From Anthoceros angustus (lineage: Eukaryota > Plantae > Anthocerotophyta): DNA of 64,000 nt. Under the pieces are notes generated by a model. The model did not search any database, was not told where the DNA came from, and worked only from the letters and a program-made list of their open reading frames with translations. The DNA lies in NCBI GenBank assembly GCA_010909165.1, contig VJWM01000179.1, positions 310,001 through 374,000 on the forward strand, read 5' to 3'. Shown in pieces: positions 58,983 to 64,000 of this stretch. Both the position numbers and the translations under genes were made by a program. Positions within the stretch are counted from its first letter, which is position 1, and every line of letters begins with the position of its first letter.

Positions 58983-60662
58983 CTATCTGCTCCTGGACGG
59001 ATGAGTGTTGTGGCTCATCCTGTAAACCGCTCTGGAGCTGACGGGCACCGGGGGCATCGGGCAGACACATATCTGCTTCTCGAAGGACGCGCTGATGTCC
59101 TGCGCGATTTGCCTGGCCTCGAACGATGTTCCCTTGAGGCCCCGCCTGGACATTCCCACTGCGTACAGGCCTCGCTGCCCCTTCCAACCGTGCGGGAAGG
59201 GCACCTTCGGAAGCCCATTCACTCCGAAAAATGTGTCATCCTGCGGCCCCGGCGAAAGACGTGGTCAGATTATAAAAAAATACCTTGGTCACGGAAAGCA
59301 ACAGAGATGGAGCGCGACCCTTCCTTTGGAGAAAATGACAAACAAGCATGCACCATGCTCACCTTAAGCCACTTGATGACATTGCTCCGAAAGCCCGTGG
59401 CCCAGACGACGCATTCGAAATCCTCCCAACTGCCGTCCACAAAAGTTGCTCCTGTCGCGCTCAGAGCTTTCACAGCGGACGTCACCTGGAGAAGAAGAGG
59501 AAGCGAAGTACGCTCAGTCTTGTGCTCCACGGCGCGGGCGTGGTGTGGATTCGTGGAAGGAACGAGGAAGAAGAGCACGGAAGGTGAGAAACGCCTCCTA
59601 CCTTGATGTGCCCGCTTCGAATCTTGGCCACAGTCCCGACATCCAGGACGGGCGTCTTGCCGAGGGTATCCTTGAGCTCCATGGGGCCCTTGGCGGGGCG
59701 GCAGAGCCCGTATCGGGCTGTGTTGCCCATGAGCAGCCAGGTGTAGAGCACCAAAATGTAGTCGGTGAGCCACAAGGGAAATATTCTCAAGAGAGCCATG
59801 GCCACCTGCAAGGTAGACCGGCCGAGCACTTCCCGGGGAAGCACATGAACCTGCGCAGCGGCAGCAGCCTTGACGTGAGAAAACAGGGAAAAAAAAAACA
59901 ATTCACCTCACCACGAGATCGCCAAGGCAGCCAGCTGGAAGCACGCACATTCATGGCTCAAGACGCAACACTCACCGGACTGCGAACAGCAATGCTGGGC
60001 TTGGCGCCGTGGTTGGCCAGGTCCAGCGCAATCTCCATGCCAGAGTTTCCGCACCCCACCACCAGCACCTTCTTGTCCCGAAAATCCGACCCGTTTCGGT
60101 AGAGGCTGGAGTGGAAAGCCTGGCCACGGAACACGTCCATCCCGGGCAGCTGCGGCGTCACGCTCTCCGCGTTCTCCCCAGTAGCCACGATGAGCCACTT
60201 GCTCACATACTCCTCGCTCACGCACGGCCTTCCTCCGCCGCCGCCCAACCCCCGCGACGTCCTCACCCGCCACATCCCGATCCCGGCATCGAACACCGCG
60301 GACACGACGCTCTCGTTAAAGTGCGGGTTGATCTGGAACCTCCTCGCGTACGCCTCCAGGTAGTCGATGAATTGCTGGCGGGTGGGATAGGCGGGGTAAT
60401 CCTCCGGGAACGGCATGAGCGGGAGCTCACACAGGGTCTTGGGGATGTGCAGGTGCAGCCGGTCATATGTCTTATACTTCCACAGCGACGCGATGCAGTC
60501 GGCCCGCTCGATGACGGTGCTGGGAATGCCCTGGTCCCGCAGCGCCGCCGCGGTGGCCAGCCCCGCCGGCCCCGCGCCCACGATGATGGGCCCCTCCGAC
60601 GCCAGCGGCTGGTCCAGCAGATCGCCCCCTCGGCCCCAGCAGTCGGTGTAGAAGGGCGGCAT
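58983..60662 (-). CDS. YUC: YUCCA flavin monooxygenase (indole-3-pyruvate monooxygenase), 4 exons
   Basis: FAD motif GAGPAG, WKYKTYDRLHLH, WLIVATGENAE, HSSLYRNG, NADPH motif GCGNSG, GKTPVLDVG, ATGFRSNV, WKGQRGLYAVG. Confidence 0.97.
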
Positions 60663-61087
60663 TGTCAGTCCCTCGCGCTACCGCCCACAACCGCCAGACG
60701 AGGCTCACCGCTGCAGGCAGCAATTCCCGAGCTCGCAGCAGCGCATTCAGGCGCTTTCCAGAAAGGGATGGATTCCTGGACAAGTGCCGAGGTGCGAGGA
60801 AGATGAGGAAGAAGAAGAAGAAGAAGAAGAAGAAGGGGCGTCGAGAGGCTGAGGCTGAGGCTGAGGCCGAGGCCCGGCCGGCCCGTCCAGGACCAGCTCG
60901 GGCGCGATCGAGCCTGGCTGTCCTGTCGCACGCAGCAACAGCGACGAGGCGAGGCGAGCACGGCAGATGGCGACGGAGCTGGCTCGAGCTCGCGGGGCGG
61001 GGCGGGGCGGGGCGGGTGGGGCGGAGCGGAGCGGGAGATGGACGAAGGCGGGAGGAAAAAGGATGCAGGGATGCAGGGTAAGTGACC

Positions 61088-61098
61088 GGCTTATAAGG
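61088..61098 (-). promoter_or_regulatory. Putative YUC TATA box
   Basis: CCTTATAAGCC is an AT core in a GC-rich region ~430 bp upstream of the ATG, followed on the minus strand by a pyrimidine-rich leader. Confidence 0.4.
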
Positions 61099-64000
61099 CG
61101 CGGAGGGGAGATAAAAAAAATTGTAGGCGCCTCCGTATACCGTTATGTGCAGCGCCACCGGGCTGTACTTGCCCCGGGCAGCAGCGGCGGGGCGGGGGGC
61201 AGGCCGGGAAGCGCTTAGCCGGGCGGAGGCCGGTGCGGCAGGGAACGGGGGGCGTGGCGCTGTTCCCATCAATGCCATTATTCGCCGTACCCGGGAAAGC
61301 CTTTCACCGCGGCCTCGTTTCACTGCTTCTTTACCGCGCCGTGCCAGCTTTTCACCGCCCCCATTATCCCGGCGCGCAGGTGGCGCGCGGATACGACTCC
61401 ACGGCTGCGGCGAGGGATGGAAAGGAATGATTGTGGCAATGATGAGCAGATCGGGCGGATCTAAGGGGGTCAGACGCGAGAATTAGGCCCGCCTCTAATC
61501 CCGCCTAAGTGGCCTCCATCCAACTCATGCCATTGGCGCACAAAGGCTTGAGCTCGAGGCCATGTGGAAAACACTTGCTCCCAGCTGGAGCTCTGGACCC
61601 CCCGCGCCCCGCACACGCCTTAATATAGCTTCCCCGCATTCAAGGCCCCCAAAAAGCCCTAATTTGGCCGCTACCACCTTCCGGCACCAACCACCTCGCC
61701 GGGCCCCATGCCCTTTTTTATATTTAATATTGCATACAACACACATCACAACAACAATCACATCATTTTCCTTCCTTTCCTTCTTTCTGCTTACCCGTTC
61801 GCTGCCTGGCTCCTGGCTGCCAGGCTTCCTGGCTCCCTCTTTTTCTACTTTTCCTTTCCTTCCCTTCCCTTCCCTTCCCTTCCCTTCCCTTCGCCTCCCT
61901 TCCCCTTTTGGTTTTCGCTTATCCATCCACGCTTCCATGGACTGGGCGCTGGGCCTCTCGTCTCGTCTCCTGGGCCAGGGCCAGGCAGCCTTTTGGCCTT
62001 TAAGACTTTGGTTGCGTTTCCGAGGCCGTTGCGATTCGTCGAATCGCAACAGGCGACGCGTGGCCCAGTCGGACTTGGCGGCGGACAAAAGAGAAAAGGG
62101 GGTCCTTGTTGCTTTCGTCACCCTTAGCTCCAGGCATAAATAATCGGGAAATAATCGTGGGCGACTCCTGCATCTCCATAGTATATGGAAAAACGTCGGT
62201 GGTTTTGTGAGGCGGAGGCGGAGGCGGGGGCGGAGGCGGTGGCGGTGGCACCGGCACCGGCACCAGCAACGGTAACGGTGACGGGATTCTGGGTAGGGAA
62301 GGAAAGAAGAAGAAGAAGAAGAAGAAGAGGAAAAAAAGGAAAGGCTGCATTTCCCGAGTCCCCTTGGGAGCCCTTGGCCTTCTTTCAAGGCGGAATGACG
62401 GGAGTGCGGGCCCTTCCGTTCCGTTATGCCGCGACCTGCTCTCATCCGATTCCGGGAGAATGCAACGCAAGGGTCCAGAGGCGGCCACGTCCTACCGGAA
62501 GCCCCACAACTGAGCGCAGCCTATGATGGGCCGGATTGCCGGGATTCCGGTAAGCTCCAAGCCAGCACCAGGTGATTTTTCTTCCTCTTTTCCTCTGCTC
62601 TTAACTGGGCCTGGGCCGCGCGGCGCTGCGGGTGTTATGTGTGGGGTGGAAGCAGCGAGGAAACGGCTCGCCTCCCGCCTTTCTTTATCCAACGTCACCA
62701 CAAAGTCGCCACAAACGAATTCATTACTCTCGCTTCTTCTGGGCCTGGACAGCCAGCCTTCACATTATTGGCGTTTCGCGGCCGCGAATGGGAGGTCCGG
62801 GGCAGCCTTTTGCTGTCACAGCCTATCACGTATGCCCGCAGCCAGGCCCAGCTACGAGGTGGGACCCGCCGGGCTTCGCCTCCGCAAAGTGGATGTGTTA
62901 GATCAAGCGGCAAGCGGCAAAGCGGCAAGCACATGTTCTCCAGACTCCAGACATTCCCTGCGATGTTCTGTCTTAAAACGAGTTCCCCTTTTAAAATGAA
63001 AGATTCACTCCAGATGCAGAATCTGCATTTCAGATTGACCGGCAACTCTATCGGTCTCTCGGTCCCGGGGACCGGCCACTTTCGAACTGACCTGGCCTCA
63101 CATTACATACACAATCGTGTTAACCAATGAGATTACATAGAATATCGTGTTCCATTAATGAGCCATGGACATGGATAGGGGAACGTCGGTCCGGCAATGG
63201 GCATCCTTCTCGCTGGGCACACGTTTATTCCGTGTCAGGAAGTGAGGATAGCAGGGATATGCGGCTTCAATGCGTCACCAAGGATGGCGCGGAGCTGGCA
63301 TCCATGCCTGCGATGGGTGCGCGTCATCCCCATACAGGATATGTCCCATGCGCTTCAATTGCAGTAAATATCCAGACAAGTCCCTTTGGCTCGCCGCTGT
63401 CATCAGCTAGGTCTGCACTACCTACAGGCCCGCCTAGGCATTCGGAAAATTGGAAAGCCCGGCGCAGCAGTAGTGAATCAGACAATCCAAGGCAAGCATC
63501 CCCGGCCCAGTGATGAGACAAGGTACCCACCTACTTACGCCTACCAGCACTCTGGCGCCCTGAGGCCTGTCTAATTAATGCTGCTGCAGCGTGAGCCGTG
63601 CTCCTGATGCGGCAGACTACCAGAGGCCCACAGCCAGACTGTACTTAGGGGGCCGTCTTAAACCACAGCACGCAAGAGCTGCGAATGTCACTGGGCCTCA
63701 CGTACAAGTACAAGTACCGGCAGTGGGCGGCTTCAAGGCTAGGCTTCCAATGCCACTTGTGGGTGCATTCGTTCTTGAATTGGAGCTGCCGCTTCATAAG
63801 GACATGAATTTGACATCCCCGCGGGACCAGGCCGGCATCGCGCGCAGCGTCTGGACACCAGTTCAACTGAAGGCGTCCCTTGGCGATCCGGATCCGGAAC
63901 TGTAGCTGGTTCAGAGTCGCTTACAGAAAGGTTTGTCTGAATTGAATCCAGGAGCCTGGAGCCCGGAGCCTGGAGCAGCGTTAATTGGGCGGGTCCGAAG

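Noticed and set aside
28858-60662. Functional auxin cluster (LBD plus YUC)
   Set aside because: The genes are 30 kb apart with unrelated housekeeping genes between them; there is no evidence beyond proximity.
61803-61822. miR160-like sequence TGCCTGGCTCCTGGCTGCCA near YUC
   Set aside because: About three differences from miR160, explained by local CCTGGCT repeats; no fold-back partner seen.
60472-62526. Long ORFs upstream of YUC (283, 306 and 193 aa)
   Set aside because: GC-rich, microsatellite-derived low-complexity frames with no domain signal.

Overview
Eukaryotic nuclear DNA from a compact, GC-rich land-plant genome. Short introns of about 80-200 bp and PLS-type PPR debris suggest a seed-free plant such as a hornwort or lycophyte; this taxonomy is inference. 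In order, the window holds: a partial CACTA/En-Spm transposon (Tnp2 on the minus strand, TIR ending at 9198); a truncated Ty1/Copia 5' fragment; spliced genes for 7TM-RGS1, a KEA4/5/6 K+ efflux antiporter and MIC10; a 4.3-kb tandem duplication of KEA-3'/MIC10 that looks at least partly like an assembly artefact; a class I LBD gene; convergent PPR pseudogenes, one fused to an SNM1-type nuclease fragment; MON1; a repeat-rich stretch with a minisatellite, LTR remnants and a CRE-like non-LTR fragment; a full-length young Copia (45728-52177, TSD GATTC); DGAT1; and YUCCA. The most unusual object is the Copia. It has a 182-aa coiled-coil ORF in frame upstream of gag and a predicted spliced antisense gene (~170 aa, 84-nt GT-AG intron) between pol and the 3' LTR, facing an antisense TATA inside that LTR. 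Single-base indels are frequent, so some frameshifts may be sequencing errors.
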